DNA of 64,000 bases. Origin: Pelagomonas calceolata (lineage: Eukaryota). The notes beneath the pieces were generated by a model that was given only the letters and a program-made list of their open reading frames with translations, was not told the origin of the DNA and did no database searches. The position numbers and the translations under genes were made by a program. How positions within the stretch are numbered: position 1 is the stretch's first letter; each line of letters begins with the position of its first letter. Shown one piece after another: positions 39,276-50,330 of the stretch. Location: positions 5,828,001 to 5,892,000 of the forward strand of contig CAKKNE010000001.1 of the NCBI GenBank assembly GCA_918797485.1, read 5' to 3'.

Positions 39276-42110
39276 CTAAGAAGTCAACTTATCCCCCAGC
39301 GTCGTGATCATCTCGATGCCCCGCAGCTCGCGGACGCGCTCCTTCGCCGCCGGCCGCGCGGCCATGGCCTTCGCCAGCGTGACGGCGCAGTTCTTGCGGA
39401 CCGTGATCTCCTTGTAGTTCGCCAGCGCGCAGACCAAGCGCTCGAGGCCCTCCCGTTTGATCAACGTGTCCGCGACGGCGCCCCTTACCTCCGCGTCGGA
39501 CGAGTTCAGCGCGCTCAGGACGATCTTCGCCGCGTTCCCCGCGCAGTTCGCGGACGGCGGGTTCGCCGGCGTCTGGCAGACGCTCTGCGCCGTGATGGCG
39601 CCGAGGTCGCGCTTCGGCTCCGGCAATTGCGCAAGGACGAGCTCGTAGCCCTTTCTTTTCAGGAACTCGTTTATCGTCTCCGGCGTCGTGTCCTTGCCCT
39701 GCAACACGCCGGCCAGCGCGCGCACGACGTTGTCGCGCTCGATCGAAGCCCACTGATCCGTCCTCGCGGCAGCCGCCGCCGCGGCCTGCGCCAGCGCCGC
39801 GGGCGCGCCCGGCGCGCTCCGTAAAGTGGCAGCCCCGCGCGACCCGGGCGCCGTTGTTAATCGAGCCAGCAACCCGGCCGCTCTAGCTTTGACCTCATGA
39901 TCACACGTCGACTTCAGAAGCTTGAAGGTCTCGGCGACGCCGCCGGCCGCCTCGCACGCCGCGGTCGCCTCGGCGCACGCGAAGCACGCGTTCGCCGCGG
40001 CCACTAAAGCGGCGCCGCGCGTATCCGTCGCATGCTTCGCGTCGGCCGCGACGGCCACGCAGACGCCAATCGGCGTCGCCTTCGCGTCCCCCGTGACGGC
40101 CACCCCAAAACGTTTCCGGGCTTTGTCGTCCTTCGCGAGGTGGGCCAATCCAAAACAAGCGTAGCCCACGGCCTCGCCGGCGATGGCGCTGCACAGGACA
40201 TCCGGGTTCCCGATGGCCCCCAACAGATCTTCGCCTGGTGGGGTTGGCTTGAGCTTCGACGCGCCTCTCATCAGCGCACCTAGAGTCTCGACGACACACG
40301 GCTCCACAGATAATAGAGGACCGTGGTTGACGGCGGCAAGATCTCTCAAACACCGCGCCGCGTGCGCGGCGCCCGCAGCTTTAGGTAGGCGGAGGGCCGC
40401 GGTCGCTTTGCTGGAAAACGCGGCGGCGCCGGCGCCGCAGCACCGTGACAAATGCGCCAGGATGGCTTCGTTTTTCAGTAAAGCTTGAACGGCTTGCGGC
40501 GACGACCCGTCGGCGCCGGCCAGCTCGGCGCAGAGCTCGCAGGCCGCGGCGCGCGCCTCCGCGGCCGAGCCCGCGGACGTGTCGGCGAGGTACTTGACGG
40601 CGATGGCCAGCGCGCCGCCGTCGATAGCCACAACCTTGGACTTGGGCTCCTCGCGCACCGCCGCCGCCAAAGCGGACAGGACGAGGCCCGCCTTGGCTTC
40701 CTCGACGCGCGTCACTTCCCTTGTATGAGCGTCCACGTCCACCTTCACTGCATCATCCAGATCGAAGCCGCCCGTCTCTATTTGGTCGATGGCGCCCGCA
40801 TCCTTCGGCGCTTCGGCGCCGAGCCGCCTTAATAACATGGAAACGCCGCCCCGGACCCTACACAGCACGCGCGCGTCTGGCGAAGAACGCAGCGCCCCAG
40901 CTAATTTCGGCAATGCATCATCACTACATGCTTCTTTGATCGCATCCTCGACCGCCCTTAAGGAGTCGCCGTCGCCGTCACCCTTCAGCATTTCGCCTAG
41001 AGGGTCGTCCTTCGTCGACAGTTCCCGGAGCTGCTTGAGTAACTCGGCCGACTCCTCCTCCTGTGTCTTCTTGGGCGGCGGCGGTGGTAATTTATCTAAT
41101 TTCTCCTCGACGATGGACTCCGACGCCTCGTCCCGCAACGCTTGCGTCGCCTGCTCGAACTGCGCCATTATCAAACTCAAGGATTGTTGCGACGCCTTCG
41201 ACTCGCTCTCCTGGAGTAGTGCCATGGCCTTTTTCAAGTCATTCACGGCCTCCCGCAAATCCCCCGCATGCTTACGCGAGGAATACGCCGTCGCCCTCCG
41301 AGACAAAGCCTTGGCGTGGAAGTCCGCGCCGCCCCTTCTACCTATCCTTACCGCCCGATGGCAGAACTCGAGCGCGTCGTCCCATGCTCTTTTTTTCAAG
41401 TAAACTTGGGCCACATTGAGTAAAGTAGCCTTTTCATACGGCCGCACACTCAGACTTTCTCTATATAACTTGAGGGCCTCGTCGAATTTCTTGGCCTTGA
41501 AGTAGCGATTCCCCTTCAAGCGTTTCCCACCGGCCGTCTCGTCCTTTTTGGCGTTACTTTTTTCCCGTTTCTTCTGGTCTGCAATGAAATTATCACAAAA
41601 ATCCTTGTTATTTTTTTCAAATTCCGCGTTCTCCTTCTCCGTCTTCTTCCGCTCCAACTCCTGCTGCTCTTCCAGTGAAGCGGGGTCGCTCGGCGTCCAC
41701 GTCGACCACCTCCCGTAGTCGTTTTCGTACTTCCTCATTGCTATATCTTGAGCCGTTTCCCCGTCATGGTTCTGCACGGAATCATCTAACACTTCATCAT
41801 TATCAATAGGGTAGAGCACGTCGGCGCCCTCCCACCACCTTGCATGTTCTTCGACCTTCTCCTTAGCTTCTCGTTCTATCCTTCTTCGTTCGATGTCAGC
41901 TAAACGCTTCGCCTTCGCCGCCGCCGCCTCGGCCTTCTCCCGTTCTTCCTGTTCGCGCTCCCGCTCCAATTGCTCCACCGAAATCTTCCCGGACTTGATG
42001 TCGTTGATCTTTTGTTCTACTTCTTTCGCCTTCTCGAGGAATTCGTCGACGTCCTTCATGCCGAAGCCCATCTTCTTCTCCATGTCGAGGTTGGCCATGG
42101 GGTCCATCAT
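39276..42110 (-). CDS. TTC12-like TPR/ARM protein
   Basis: N-terminal DVDEFL..AKEVEQKINDI, three TPRs (KGNRYFKAKKFDEALKLY...), ARM-like C-terminus ending RVRELRGIEMI. Confidence 0.7.
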   Translation of the reverse strand: MMDPMANLDMEKKMGFGMKDVDEFLEKAKEVEQKINDIKSGKISVEQLEREREQEEREKAEAAAAKAKRLADIERRRIEREAKEKVEEHARWWEGADVLYPIDNDEVLDDSVQNHDGETAQDIAMRKYENDYGRWSTWTPSDPASLEEQQELERKKTEKENAEFEKNNKDFCDNFIADQKKREKSNAKKDETAGGKRLKGNRYFKAKKFDEALKLYRESLSVRPYEKATLLNVAQVYLKKRAWDDALEFCHRAVRIGRRGGADFHAKALSRRATAYSSRKHAGDLREAVNDLKKAMALLQESESKASQQSLSLIMAQFEQATQALRDEASESIVEEKLDKLPPPPPKKTQEEESAELLKQLRELSTKDDPLGEMLKGDGDGDSLRAVEDAIKEACSDDALPKLAGALRSSPDARVLCRVRGGVSMLLRRLGAEAPKDAGAIDQIETGGFDLDDAVKVDVDAHTREVTRVEEAKAGLVLSALAAAVREEPKSKVVAIDGGALAIAVKYLADTSAGSAAEARAAACELCAELAGADGSSPQAVQALLKNEAILAHLSRCCGAGAAAFSSKATAALRLPKAAGAAHAARCLRDLAAVNHGPLLSVEPCVVETLGALMRGASKLKPTPPGEDLLGAIGNPDVLCSAIAGEAVGYACFGLAHLAKDDKARKRFGVAVTGDAKATPIGVCVAVAADAKHATDTRGAALVAAANACFACAEATAACEAAGGVAETFKLLKSTCDHEVKARAAGLLARLTTAPGSRGAATLRSAPGAPAALAQAAAAAAARTDQWASIERDNVVRALAGVLQGKDTTPETINEFLKRKGYELVLAQLPEPKRDLGAITAQSVCQTPANPPSANCAGNAAKIVLSALNSSDAEVRGAVADTLIKREGLERLVCALANYKEITVRKNCAVTLAKAMAARPAAKERVRELRGIEMITTLGDKLTS

Positions 42111-42622
42111 CTTTGACGAGGGCTGCTGGCTCGTCGCGGCACGGGTGTGGCTGCTGTGGCTGCTGGCTGGTCGCGGCACGGGCGTGCTGTCCCTGCACGA
42201 CGGCTGCTGGCGCTGGGGTGTGCTTGCTGTGGGCAGCCCTGCGCGACGGCTGCTGACTGGTCGCGGCGCGTGCGTGCTGCTCGCGACGTTCCGGTCACTG
42301 CCGAGCGTGGGGCAGCGTTTCTCGCGCGCTGCGGCCCGATCGATGTCTGCCGCGCTGAGCCGTCGATCTCTTTGCCTGCCCAGCGCCCCGCCCGGGGGCG
42401 CCTCGTTTCGTTCGCGTCCGAGGCGTGGCTCCAGCCCCACGAGACCTCCCGGAGAGGGCTGCGTCGCGGATCCGAGCCTTGCTTCACCCCCACCCTCCAA
42501 TCGAGATGTCGAGCGTGGCGCTACAGAGAGGCGACGATCAAACGCCGTGTGACCGCCGGTCGAAGCGCCCGGCTGCAGGGGCTGCCGCGAACAGGGCCGT
42601 TCGCACCGTTTCATCACCGCGG

Positions 42623-42740
42623 GCTGCCCTCTCGGACGCGTCGCGCCGCCGCGACAGCCTAACGCCATAGCGGAAAAGCACGCTGCCCTCTCGGACGCGT
42701 CGCGCCGCCGCGACAGCCTAACGCCATAGCGGGAAAGCAC
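42623..42740. repeat. Tandem duplication, 2 x 59 bp
   Basis: 42623-42681 and 42682-42740 differ at one base. Confidence 0.95.
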
Positions 42741-42741
42741 C

Positions 42742-43629
42742 ATGGGTCAGGAGCTCTCGGCCCTGACCGCCGCGGAGAAGCCCGTCCCGCGCGTGTCCTG
42801 CGAGATCGACGAGGTGACCGGGGCGCCGCCGCCGCGCTGCGTCACGCCGCCGCGCACGCCGCCGCGCGCAACAATGAAAGACGTTACGATAAAGCGGCCG
42901 CCGCGCCAGCGCCCCGCGAAGGCGCCCGGCTACCTCCACCGCAAACGGAGCGAAGCCAAGAGCTTCCTACGCGTGTCGCTCCGACGGTGGGCGCGGTCCG
43001 TCGGCGCGTGGTCGCTCGACGCCTTTCGGCTAAGGGGCTACGCGCGGAACCGCCGGCGCATCGCGGGTCAACACTGGGAGGCGCCCTTCTTCTGGGACGT
43101 CGGCGACTGGAAGTCCGTGCGGGAGCGGCCGTTCCGGGCGCGGGTCGTTTCCATGGATTTCGAGCGGGGCGGCCATGCATTTAATATCGACCTCTACCCC
43201 GGCGGCTTCCGCGAGGACGGCAGGGCGTCGGTCGGCGCCTACCTGCGCTATACGGGCGACCGGCCGTGCCTCGAGCTGCGGCTGCGCCTGTCCGTCGTGG
43301 ACCAGCGCGGCGGGCCCGACGTCGCGTGGCGGTCCGGCCTCGCGCTGCTCGGCGCGACGGCGCGCCTCGACCAGGGCGTCGTGACGAACTGGGGCTCGGC
43401 GCGCCTCGTGCCGCGCGTCTGGCTCGCGGCGGGCAACGGGCACCCGGGACTCGTCGTGGACGACTGCGTGCGGTTCCGCGTCGACGTCATGATCCTCGGC
43501 GAGCGGCGCGTCGACGTGAACCCGCTCGGGGGCCTCGCGCTGCCGCTCGCGCGGGAGGTCGTCGGCGCGCCGATCACGCCCGTCAAGCGGCGCTCCATCA
43601 CTTCGCCGATGAAGGGGCGGGCACGATAG
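42742..43629 (+). CDS. MATH/TRAF-domain protein
   Basis: FFWDVGDW...SMDFERGGHAFNIDLYPGG...VGAYLRY...LSVVDQ...NWGSARLV...VVDDCVRFRVDV. MGQELS is a possible myristoylation start. Confidence 0.7.
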   Translation: MGQELSALTAAEKPVPRVSCEIDEVTGAPPPRCVTPPRTPPRATMKDVTIKRPPRQRPAKAPGYLHRKRSEAKSFLRVSLRRWARSVGAWSLDAFRLRGYARNRRRIAGQHWEAPFFWDVGDWKSVRERPFRARVVSMDFERGGHAFNIDLYPGGFREDGRASVGAYLRYTGDRPCLELRLRLSVVDQRGGPDVAWRSGLALLGATARLDQGVVTNWGSARLVPRVWLAAGNGHPGLVVDDCVRFRVDVMILGERRVDVNPLGGLALPLAREVVGAPITPVKRRSITSPMKGRAR

Positions 43630-43648
43630 GTATACATAAGAAGACACA

Positions 43649-44050
43649 TTACAAGATCGGCAGGAGCAGCAGCCCGAAGATCGTCCAGACGACGCCCGGC
43701 GGGACGACCTGGGGCACGTCGTCGAAGCCGAAGTCGACGATCAGCGGCGACCCGTCGAGCGCGAGGTACTGCGTGTAGTACGCCAGGAGCGCGAGGAGCG
43801 GGAGCCGGACGAGCGCGAGGTTCGCCAGCGCGCCGCCCGGCTCGTCGTCGCCCGCGGACTCGTCCCACGCGCCCGTGACGATCGCGGGCAGGTTCGCTTT
43901 GCACGTCGCCCAGGCGTTCCGCACGAATTCGTCGTCGGCGCTGGCTCGGCATGCTACGTGACCTCTTCGTCGACTTGTCGTCGCGACGAGGCCTGCTGCT
44001 ATGCTGCAGAGTTGGGGGAGCAGGACTGCCAGTAGCCTCGTGTGGCGCAT
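43649..44050 (-). CDS. Small hypothetical membrane protein with signal/transit-like N-terminus
   Basis: ORF with a hydrophobic N-terminus and two hydrophobic segments. Confidence 0.5.
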   Translation of the reverse strand: MRHTRLLAVLLPQLCSIAAGLVATTSRRRGHVACRASADDEFVRNAWATCKANLPAIVTGAWDESAGDDEPGGALANLALVRLPLLALLAYYTQYLALDGSPLIVDFGFDDVPQVVPPGVVWTIFGLLLLPIL

Positions 44051-44220
44051 TTCCTCGTCGCAGCGGTCCAAGGTCACACTCTTCTGGCCTGAGAACAGTG
44101 TCTGACCAAGCACCTTAGCCGCCAATGGTCTGGAGGCGAGTAATTGCTCGAATTGCTCGGAGAGCGTGCACTGAGTACTCTCAAAACGGGTTTTTCATTC
44201 ATAGTATCTACTCCAATTAC

Positions 44221-45376
44221 TCATGCAGACTCAAGGTTAGGTCTCCGCCGAGGCCCGCGGCGCCAGTCCGCGGGCGATTCCGGCCCCCGTCGTTTCTTAC
44301 CGGGCCGCTCGCGCCGGTCGTACGCGTCCCGGATCAACCGTCCGTCGTCGAGGCGCGGGAACACGCCGCGAGCGTTGTAGTAGTAGTTGTTCGACGCGTT
44401 CGTCCCGAGCGCGTAGTGGCGCGAGAGCGTTATTTGATTGCTGAACGTCGAGCCCGGCCAGCCCACGAACCACTTCGCTCGGACGCACAATGTCCGGTCG
44501 ACGATCGCGTCGGCCAACAGCGTGTTCTCGACGGGGCTCGACGGCCCTTTGGCCTCGGGGCTGATCGGCCGCTTGTAGACAAAAGGCACGCCGCGCCACG
44601 CGCCGCGGCCCAGGCCCTTCCGCGTGTCGTTGGTTATGTGCGCCGCGTCGATGGCGACGAAGACCCTGTCGACGCCGGAGAGTTCCGTGCGCTGCCGCAG
44701 CCCCCGCGCCAGGCGCGCGAAGTTGAGGAGGCCGAGGGACCGCATCTTATGCCCCATGAAGTTTCGATACCTGCGAGATGAGTCCGTGACGCGTCGTATG
44801 CGCTCGACGCCATCGACGCCGGAATTACAAATCCTTCTCCATGCGCGCGTGGAGGCAGCCGTAGTTGTTGTTCGTGAGGCCCAGCTCGGTCGCGAGGCGG
44901 TCCGCGCGGGCGAGAATCGGCGCCGTCGGCACGAAGGAGGCGTCCAGCGCTTCGTCGGCGGCGTCGCGGGCGTATCTCGGCCGCTTGCGCAGCAGCGAGA
45001 TGTATTGGTTGTATTTGCGGAACAGCGGCTCGGTGCGGAATTTGTTGCCGTCGACAATGGTCGGAAGAGCGTCGACGAGCGGCGGCAGCTGTGAGGACCA
45101 CCCGTCTAGACTCCACACTTGCTCGTGCGGTACATATCTCGACCCGCTAGCTGCCTTCGACCACGAGCCCCGCCACCGCAGCGACGGCAGCGAGATCGCC
45201 GCGCCGCCGCCGGGATGGCGCTTGGCGTCCAAAACGAGCGCGAAGAGGCATTGCTGCATGTTGCTGAGACCGCTGAAGACGCCGGCTCCGAGGCCCGGCG
45301 GGTGGACGCCGTACACGGCCGTGTGATTCGACGAGGCGCTTGCCGCCGCGACCAGCGAGACGACGAGGAGCTTCAT
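44221..45376 (-). CDS. GDP-fucose protein O-fucosyltransferase-like glycosyltransferase; exons 45376-44829 and 44770-44221
   Basis: Signal peptide; GLSN.QQ, GCLHARME.D, VFVA.D and FVGWPGSTFSNQI motifs. The 58-nt GT-AG intron 44828-44771 joins two ORFs in frame. Confidence 0.7.
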
Positions 45377-45844
45377 CGTTAATAGCCCTTGTGGTCTAGC
45401 CATAACAACAACGCGACGAGCGCAATGCCGATGATCGCGAGGACGCTTTTCGTGAGAGCCGTATCGTAAGCAAGGCGCTCTCTCCGTTCTCTCAGCTGCC
45501 CTTGTTTTTGTCCGAGGACTTCAGTGAACTTGTTTGAGGTTCTTCTCTCCCAACTCGGACCACCAGAAACGTCCTGGAATACACCCTTTTTACGGCCGCG
45601 CCGTCCCATGAAGTATGATGCCCTTTTTCTCCTGCTTGCAAGCTTGGAGGCTTAAGTTAAACTTGTGTGGATCAGCGCTTCGCGACGTCACGGGCGTTCG
45701 CGTCGACAGCCGCCGTCTCTAATCGTCGTCCTGCGCGTGTCGCTGGCGCGCGATACGCTTTGCAAGCGCTGCAAAATTTGCTGGAAAAACCCGTTTTGCA
45801 AGACCAAAAAAACACAACTAACTTAAGAATCCCGAGGAGGAGGA

Positions 45845-47179
45845 TCAGGACTCAAAAGCCACAAACACCAGATCCCCCGCCTCCGCGAGCTCCTCGAGCA
45901 GCCCCCGCGGACACGCGGCGAGGTCCTCGACAGGAATCTCATCGGAACCAGCAAGCGTCGACGCGACGTCCGCGGGCACCTCCCGGCAGACGCCGCCCGC
46001 GCAGAGCTGCGTGGCGCCGACCCGCGCCAGGCGCGCGCCGGGCCCGCGGCAGACGGCGTCGGCGGCGTCGAACGACTCGACGCGGACGCCGCCCGCGGCC
46101 TCGGCCACGGCGTCGCGCCAGCAGTCGTCGTCGTCGTCGTCCGCGACCGGCGGCGCCCGCGGCTCCGTCACCAGCGCCCCGAGGAAGCGGGCGAACGCGG
46201 CGTCGTCGTCCAACGCGTCCCGCAGCGCGGTCCGGACGGCGTCCCTCACGACAGCGACGTCCTCGGCGCCCACCGTCGCCGCGTCTCCAGTCAAGGGCGC
46301 GGCGACGAGCGCCGCCGTCCCCCCAAGAAGCTCGTCCTCGACCCATCGCGCGGCGAGCTGTTTCGAATCATAAGTGCGGAGCCCGAACGATAACGTGGAG
46401 CAGACCTCGGCGCCGCCGAGCGCCACGCCCTCGTGCGGGATGTATGGGGGCACATATAATAAATCGCCGGGCTCGAGGACCCACGCCGCGTCGGCCTTAA
46501 AATCAGGCAGCGTCCGACAGACTCCCGCCGCGTCCGACTGCGCCGCCTCGTCGACGTACTCGAGCTGGACGCTCCAGCGCCTCCTACCGGACGCCTGGAG
46601 TAGAAAGACGTCCGAGCTGTCCACATGAGGACCGACGCCGCCGCCGTCGGAAGCGACGGAGGCCATGACGTCGTCGCGGCGCCAGCGCCAGCCTCCATTA
46701 TCGCCCCAAATTTGATGGAGGACGTCGGGCCAGAGATTCGATAGCGCGGGCAGGCAACGGTCCGCGTCGTTGATCAGCAAGCTCCAAGATTCGTCCTCGG
46801 GCAGCGCCCCTAGTTGATCTTCGTCGAAGGGCCCTGTTGTCACGCGCAGCGCGGCGTCGACAAGGCGCGACGCCACGTCCGGCTCGCACGCGAGGCCCGC
46901 GACGTCGTCGACGTCGCCGGCGGCGCGCAACACCTCGGCATCAACAGCATTTCGGACGAGGAGGGGCCGCTTCCTCCAGATATCAGTCCGGAACGCCTCG
47001 CGCCTCTCTTTTAGTGTCGCGGCGTCATCAGTCGCGTCCCACTCTGCGGCTTCGATTGTGGCGCGCGCGGCGACCCGCCGCTTGTTATTTGGCGCGATCC
47101 TCCGGTTGTTATTCGTCGCGAGCGGCGGCGCGAGGCCCGCGGCGACGTGGAGAGCTGCGATGCACAGTGCAAGCCGCAT
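45845..47179 (-). CDS. JmjC/cupin-4 (YcfD/RoxA-like) ribosomal oxygenase, probably organelle-targeted
   Basis: WRKRPLLVRNA, WRRDDVMAS.A.DGGGVGPHVDSSDVFLLQ.SGRRRW, LEPGDLLYVPP..PHEGVA. Confidence 0.88.
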   Translation of the reverse strand: MRLALCIAALHVAAGLAPPLATNNNRRIAPNNKRRVAARATIEAAEWDATDDAATLKERREAFRTDIWRKRPLLVRNAVDAEVLRAAGDVDDVAGLACEPDVASRLVDAALRVTTGPFDEDQLGALPEDESWSLLINDADRCLPALSNLWPDVLHQIWGDNGGWRWRRDDVMASVASDGGGVGPHVDSSDVFLLQASGRRRWSVQLEYVDEAAQSDAAGVCRTLPDFKADAAWVLEPGDLLYVPPYIPHEGVALGGAEVCSTLSFGLRTYDSKQLAARWVEDELLGGTAALVAAPLTGDAATVGAEDVAVVRDAVRTALRDALDDDAAFARFLGALVTEPRAPPVADDDDDDCWRDAVAEAAGGVRVESFDAADAVCRGPGARLARVGATQLCAGGVCREVPADVASTLAGSDEIPVEDLAACPRGLLEELAEAGDLVFVAFES

Positions 47180-47363
47180 CGTGCGCGGAGTAATTGCTCG
47201 GCAGAGCCAATTGATGCAAGAGCTATTCTCCGGCGCTGCTGCTCGGTTGGGGCTAATATTTTGTAGCAAGTGGCACACACTGATTGCCTTGACGAATATG
47301 GTTTTTGGTGTGGATTGGCGCGTCCTGTGAGGCGCTATCGATGCCTGCACCTCGCAGTGCTTG

Positions 47364-47384
47364 CTAGTGTCTTACAGCCGCTAG
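47364..47384 (+). promoter_or_regulatory. Conserved intergenic CTAG-box motif copy
   Basis: ctagtgtcttacagccgctag between divergent genes. Confidence 0.6.
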
Positions 47385-47448
47385 CTGGTTATCGCGGCGC
47401 CGCGCGAGGCTGCCCAAACGCGCGCACCGGTGGCCGCACACGTGCGCG

Positions 47449-48939
47449 ATGCACCGCACGGCCCGCCTGCTGCGGCTGCTCGCCGCGGTGTCCACCGCTG
47501 CGCACGAGATCCGGCTCGAGCTGGAGCAGGGGCCGGCCTACCTCACTTTTAGGGAGGGCGACGACCTCGAACACATCGCGGACGCCTTCGCGGCGAAGCA
47601 CGACCTCAAGGGCGGCGAGGGATGCGTGGGGAGGGACTGCGTCGTGCGGATGCTGACGAGCGCGATGCGGATCGAGATGGACGGCGGCGGCGTCGGCGTG
47701 AACCGCGTGAGCGTGTCGGGCGTCGAGTACCGGCGGCAGGGCGCCTTGGAGGTCGCGCGGCAAGCACAACTTTCACGACCGCCGGCGGCTGTGACGGCAG
47801 AACCGCGGCACGTAAGCGCGCCGTGCGCGCCCCCGTTCTGTTCGTTCGAATGCGCCACAAACGACGCGTTAGTGGAGGAGCGCGTGGCGCGCGACTTCAT
47901 CGAGGACGACCCTGAACTCCGGGAGCTCATGCGCGGGTATCCGCCTCCCAGAAAATGCTCCCACTCTCTATACCCGATCTTCATCGGGATCCCCCGTAGT
48001 GAAGTGGTGGACTGCGTGCCGCGCAAGTACTACGGGTTTAGGGGAGGCCACCACTCAAAATTCGGCGACCGCGCCTACGCGTTTGGTCCCCATGAAGAAA
48101 GTGAATACAAGCGCGCCTATAGAGAAAGCTACTTCGGCTCCACGAAAAAGAAGGCCGGCTGGGACTGCATGCGCCACTACGAGATCGTGGCGAGCGGCGC
48201 CGTGCCCTTCTTCGACGAGGACCCGACGCAAGCGCCGTCGGCCACGCTCGCGTTTTGGCCCAAAAGACTGTTGAGGGATCTGCGGACCTGGCCCGGCGTG
48301 TTTCCGAATGGAACCGTGGACGTCGATGTATTAGATGCGAGCGGCTCCTACAGTAAACTCGCCGCGGGGCTCCTGACGTATTTGCGGGAGCGGCTTACTA
48401 CCGAAGCTCTCGCGCGGTACATCCTCGAGACCATGGGCCAGGCCCAGGCTCGCAAAGTCCTAATTCTGTCGGCGCACCCCGCCCCGGACTTCCTCCGCGA
48501 GTCCGTGGTCCACGGCTTCCGGCAGCGGCTTGGAGCGGAAGCGGTCGACTTCATCAAGCCCCTTCACTTGTACGAGCCGCGCGTCGCGGCGCCCTGGGAT
48601 CTGGCGGCGCGGTCCGAACTGTATGGCAACGGCTTCACCTACGCCTATCGCCTGCGCGACGACCCGCGCGTGGACCGGTCCGATATTGCGAAGAGGCTCC
48701 GCGACCACTTTTTCGACGTCGTGGTCTACGCGTCGGTGCACCGCGGTTTACCGTATTTTGACGTCGTGCGGGAGCATTATGGATACGACGAAATCGCCTT
48801 TGTTGATGGCGAGGATGAGCACGGGTGGTCGAACTTCTCGGTGGGGCTGCCGGCCGTCGGCCACTACTTCATGCGCGAGCTGCCGGACGGGTGCCCGCCT
48901 GATATTGAGGTGGGGGAGGGGTTCTTTAGCGGCGGGTAA
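47449..48939 (+). CDS. Secreted glycosyltransferase-like protein
   Basis: Signal peptide; EYKRAY..SYFG.TKKKAGWDCMRHYEIVASGAVPFF resembles GT-B C-terminal motifs. Confidence 0.55.
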   Translation: MHRTARLLRLLAAVSTAAHEIRLELEQGPAYLTFREGDDLEHIADAFAAKHDLKGGEGCVGRDCVVRMLTSAMRIEMDGGGVGVNRVSVSGVEYRRQGALEVARQAQLSRPPAAVTAEPRHVSAPCAPPFCSFECATNDALVEERVARDFIEDDPELRELMRGYPPPRKCSHSLYPIFIGIPRSEVVDCVPRKYYGFRGGHHSKFGDRAYAFGPHEESEYKRAYRESYFGSTKKKAGWDCMRHYEIVASGAVPFFDEDPTQAPSATLAFWPKRLLRDLRTWPGVFPNGTVDVDVLDASGSYSKLAAGLLTYLRERLTTEALARYILETMGQAQARKVLILSAHPAPDFLRESVVHGFRQRLGAEAVDFIKPLHLYEPRVAAPWDLAARSELYGNGFTYAYRLRDDPRVDRSDIAKRLRDHFFDVVVYASVHRGLPYFDVVREHYGYDEIAFVDGEDEHGWSNFSVGLPAVGHYFMRELPDGCPPDIEVGEGFFSGG

Positions 48940-49139
48940 AGTGTTGTGTGTCTTAGAAGAATGTTGAAAAACCCGTTTTGTTCACCATTTTTTGCGGCCG
49001 CTCGCGTGGTTATTGGGTAAGTGCGACCGTGACGCATCGATTGGCGACACGTTTGGCCCCCCTCGCCCCACTGCGTGACGTATAGGGCTCGTGACAAGCA
49101 ACCGAGACTCGTGTGCTCGAGCCTCGAGTCACTTTGACA

Positions 49140-50306
49140 ATGGCCACCTTTGCGACGCTCCCGGGAGATCTGCTGACCGCCATCGCGAGCTACGTCGACG
49201 GGCCGCAGATCGTCGTCGCCGTCGCGGCCGACGGCGACGCGCGGGCCGCCCTGCGCCGCGGCGTCGACGCGGCCGAGGAAGCTCTGCGAGGAGTGACGAT
49301 ACGCGAGGCCGAATTTTTATTACTGCACTCGTACCACGTGCAGGCCGCAGCGCTCTCCGACCGGCAGGCCGCGGGCCTTGTACTCGTGGAGAACGCGGCT
49401 GGCTACTATTTTGACAGCGACATTATACCGACGCTTCTTGCATACCGAGCAGTCCCGGATGTTGAGACATCCTCCACCATCGACGGAGAGGTACGCGTAG
49501 CGGGCAGGGCTCTGCATTACGTCAGCGGGTCGGGGCACGAACGATCGCTCCTGTTCGCGGCCATGCTCCTCGATGCGGGGGCAGACGTTAATGCGAGATG
49601 CGATCCCGAAAATCTAGCTGGGACGACCGCGTTAGCGTGGGCTCTAGCCGCCGATTATGAGCTCGACGAGAACGACGAGCCGACGATCTACTGCGAGGAC
49701 CTCGACAGCGTGTTGACTAAACTTCACGTGGCTAGGAAACTCATCAGACGCGGCGCGGACATCGGTATCGATTCGGAACATTCGAGGGCCGCGCTTTCTA
49801 GCACGGAGGATTATGTGGCGTGTGTGTTTGATTTGAGCATCCAGCGCTGGGGCGAGGTCGACGACGACGTGCGCCGGGCTCTTCTAGCGACCATGCCTGA
49901 TTGCACGGAGGAACTCTCTGAGATATACTACTTCATCGCCGACCGGCTTGATGCCTCCTTAGCCGCTGCCCACGCCGCCAAAATGGCTTCTCTCGAGAAC
50001 AGCATCCGAGAGGATGAAAATAAAATTGAGGAGGCTCGCCGCAAGATACGCGGCTATCAGCTCCAGATACGCCACAAAACGCTCGAAATCGCGGTGAATA
50101 AGGCGGCGATCATAGCTTTGACCCCCTTGATGGTAATTATTGCCGCGGGGACGGTTGCGCGCAGGGTCGGCTGGGACCGCTGGGTCGACTTGGAGAACGA
50201 GTGGTTTTCTTTTGGTCGCTGTTGGTTTTGTTTCGTTTTCTTCTGCCTTGTCGTTGCTCATGCGATTGTTCGTGGCATCGTGCTGCGCGAAAGAAAGAAG
50301 GCGTGA
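49140..50306 (+). CDS. Ankyrin-repeat protein with F-box-like N-terminus and C-terminal TM segments
   Basis: LPGDLLTAIASYV; ALHYV...MLLDAGADVNA...GTTALAWA...LIRRGADI. Confidence 0.6.
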   Translation: MATFATLPGDLLTAIASYVDGPQIVVAVAADGDARAALRRGVDAAEEALRGVTIREAEFLLLHSYHVQAAALSDRQAAGLVLVENAAGYYFDSDIIPTLLAYRAVPDVETSSTIDGEVRVAGRALHYVSGSGHERSLLFAAMLLDAGADVNARCDPENLAGTTALAWALAADYELDENDEPTIYCEDLDSVLTKLHVARKLIRRGADIGIDSEHSRAALSSTEDYVACVFDLSIQRWGEVDDDVRRALLATMPDCTEELSEIYYFIADRLDASLAAAHAAKMASLENSIREDENKIEEARRKIRGYQLQIRHKTLEIAVNKAAIIALTPLMVIIAAGTVARRVGWDRWVDLENEWFSFGRCWFCFVFFCLVVAHAIVRGIVLRERKKA

Positions 50307-50330
50307 GCGAGTAAGTAACAACAACCTTAG

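Noticed and set aside
42111..42743. 211-aa N-terminal extension of the TTC12-like ORF
   Set aside because: Low-complexity translation of promoter repeats; ATG 42110 fits the family start.
45379..45609. 76-aa ORF with a C-terminal hydrophobic segment
   Set aside because: Short, atypical composition, no recognisable family; it may be UTR. Not supportable.
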